From: Elusimicrobiales bacterium
GTDB taxonomy: Bacteria > Elusimicrobiota > Elusimicrobia > Elusimicrobiales > UBA9959
DNA length: 64,000 nucleotides
Assembly (NCBI GenBank): GCA_041665305.1
Contig: JBAYJD010000002.1
Span: 10,068 to 74,067 of the forward strand
Direction of reading: 5' to 3'
Part shown: piece by piece, positions 63,049 to 64,000 of the stretch
How the letters are laid out: each line of letters starts with the position of its first letter
Numbering within the stretch: the first letter of the stretch is position 1
Notes under the pieces: generated by a model
What the model was told of the DNA's origin: nothing
Database searches by the model: none
Seen by the model: the letters and a program-made list of their open reading frames with translations, nothing else
Translations under genes and position numbers: made by a program

Positions 63049-63828
63049 TTATTTGGTCGTCGGTACCAGCTTATAACCCACGCAGGGCACGGTGTGCACA
63101 TATCTCGCCGCCTTGCCCATCTTGGACCTGAGGCGGCGCACATGGACGTCCACGGTGCGTGGCGACCCGAAATAGTTGTAGCCCCAGACGCGCTCGATAA
63201 GGTACGGTCGTGAAAGCACGCGGTTGGGGGAACTCAGGAACACATAAAGCAGGTCGAATTCCTTGGCGGTGACGGTGATCTCCCTGCCGCCTATCTTCAC
63301 GGTGTAGCTGGACATGTTGATCTCGACCTCGTTAAGCTTGACGACCTCGTCCGGCTGGGTGCTGACCGTACGGCGGACCACGGCGCGGATCCGGGCCATG
63401 CTCTCGTGCAGGTCCTGGTTGTAGCTGAGGCATTCATCCGCGCCCAGCTGGAAAAAAGCCAGTTTATAGCTGATCTTGGGCGTCTGATGGGCGTTGTGCC
63501 CTCCGCTCGCGCCGTGCCCGTGCGGGACCAGGCTTTCCAGCGTCAGCCCCGACGGCATATGGTCCAGATAGGTGTCCGGCGACTCAAGCATGGCGATCAC
63601 CGGGATGTTCTTGTTCTTGGCTCGGAGGTTTTTAAGGAAAGAAAGCCCCTCCTCATCCGAAAGATTCTGCCCTATAATGACCAGATCGAAGGATTTTTCG
63701 GCCAGCATGCCCATGACTTCCCGGGACCTGTGGGCGGTCATGACCGAGTAGCCCTGCCGGTTAAGCATCTCGAGTATAAGCGAAGCCCGCGAAAAATCTT
63801 TAGCGGCGAAAATGATGTTGATTTTCAC
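63049..63828 (-). CDS. Atypical OmpR/PhoB-family regulator: winged-helix output with a degenerate receiver and a His/Gly-rich insertion
   Basis: The C-terminus ITVTAKEFDLLYVFLSSPNRVLSRPYLIERVWGYNYFGSPRTVDVHVRRLRSKMG...GYKLV is a typical Trans_reg_C. The receiver positions are substituted: IIFAAKD for the DD pair, DLVIIGQNL (G at ~63670-72) for the phospho-acceptor D, AMLES for T, and LSYNQ for KP. The insertion is VPHGHGASGGHNAHQ (63484-63530). The preferred start is GTG 63828, preceded by GGAGAcaat; the track start is 63888. Confidence 0.8.
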   Translation of the reverse strand: MKINIIFAAKDFSRASLILEMLNRQGYSVMTAHRSREVMGMLAEKSFDLVIIGQNLSDEEGLSFLKNLRAKNKNIPVIAMLESPDTYLDHMPSGLTLESLVPHGHGASGGHNAHQTPKISYKLAFFQLGADECLSYNQDLHESMARIRAVVRRTVSTQPDEVVKLNEVEINMSSYTVKIGGREITVTAKEFDLLYVFLSSPNRVLSRPYLIERVWGYNYFGSPRTVDVHVRRLRSKMGKAARYVHTVPCVGYKLVPTTK

Positions 63829-63896
63829 ATTGTCTCCATGCGGCCGTTCAGCCGCGCCATCTGCCGTACGCGAAGAACACGCGTTCACGGACTAAA

Positions 63897-63933
63897 ACCG
63901 CTCCCTGGAAACCCATGGCCGGCGGAGCGGTTC
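63897..63933 (-). terminator. Terminator-like hairpin after the gene that ends at 63951
   Basis: The minus-strand RNA reads AACCGCUCC-(19 nt)-GGAGCGGUU followed by UUAG. The stem is 9 bp and the U-run is short. Confidence 0.4.
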
Positions 63934-63950
63934 TTTGCCCCGGCAAAAAA

Positions 63951-64000
63951 CTACTCCTGTTCGTTTATCTCTTCGATCTCGAAGGTAACGCCTTTCATGC
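63951..64000 (-). CDS. 3' end of an unidentified gene (start beyond the right edge)
   Basis: The minus-strand frame reads ..MKGVTFEIEEINEQE* with the stop at 63951-63953. This is too short to identify. Confidence 0.35.
   Translation of the reverse strand, partial: MKGVTFEIEEINEQE

Noticed and set aside
54492-63888. The longest-ORF starts given by the track for 54492..55232, 55154..56386, 60979..62610 and 63049..63888
   Set aside because: The N-terminal extensions overlap upstream genes or lack an RBS. Internal starts at 55115, 56368, 62511 and 63828 have GGAG-type RBSs and give sensible N-termini (pseudopilin leader, signal peptide, receiver start).
49898-64000. A complete Tad, T2SS, T4P or T9SS secretion machinery
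   Set aside because: I looked for a Walker-box secretion ATPase, a polytopic platform protein, a secretin, a prepilin peptidase, or PorV/SprA-like genes. None is present among the credible ORFs in this window.

Overview
GC-rich bacterial window in which every credible gene lies on the minus strand. About 78% of it (1-49,897) is the 5' portion of one uninterrupted minus-strand ORF of at least 16,632 codons. Its start and signal peptide are at the right end, and there is no stop before the left window edge. The supplied ORF track does not list this ORF, apparently because it only reports ORFs closed by a stop inside the window. Over the same span it shows Arg/Gly/His-rich antisense artefacts on the plus strand. 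Hand translation gives a giant secreted, all-beta, modular protein. From N to C it has a signal peptide, a ~345-aa N-terminal region, and ~70 Trp/Tyr-rich Ig-like modules that contain 1.88-kb and ~4.2-kb in-frame supra-repeats. These are followed by ~28 'PGE...AVDxxN' modules and ~6 Big-like modules. Next come 8 larger modules with DxNxNG acidic loops, interleaved with a motif 'E(I/L)xxY...RGxxG(T/S)..H' that recurs four times. The protein ends with a Cys-rich/Ca-loop segment, an FN3 domain, and the start of an NYPNPF-type C-terminal sorting or FlgD-Ig-like domain cut by the window edge. Directly upstream and co-oriented are a membrane-anchored HEAT-repeat protein and two tandem sRNA-like units with perfect extended -10 sigma70 promoters and intrinsic terminators. 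Further upstream are an S41-peptidase-like lipoprotein whose catalytic Ser/Lys appear substituted, a Cys-rich membrane protein, TadE-like and TadG-like pseudopilins, and an Flp-type prepilin. No Tad ATPase, secretin or prepilin peptidase is in the window. Beyond that lies a signalling block: a NarL-type RR, a REC-HK hybrid, a HAMP sensor kinase, a tandem thioredoxin-like secreted protein, a CheY-like RR, and an atypical OmpR-type regulator lacking the phospho-acceptor Asp. I saw no rRNA, tRNA, CRISPR, transposase or integrase. All domain calls are by-eye motif recognition; no HMM, structure or database search was possible, and module counts are hand counts.
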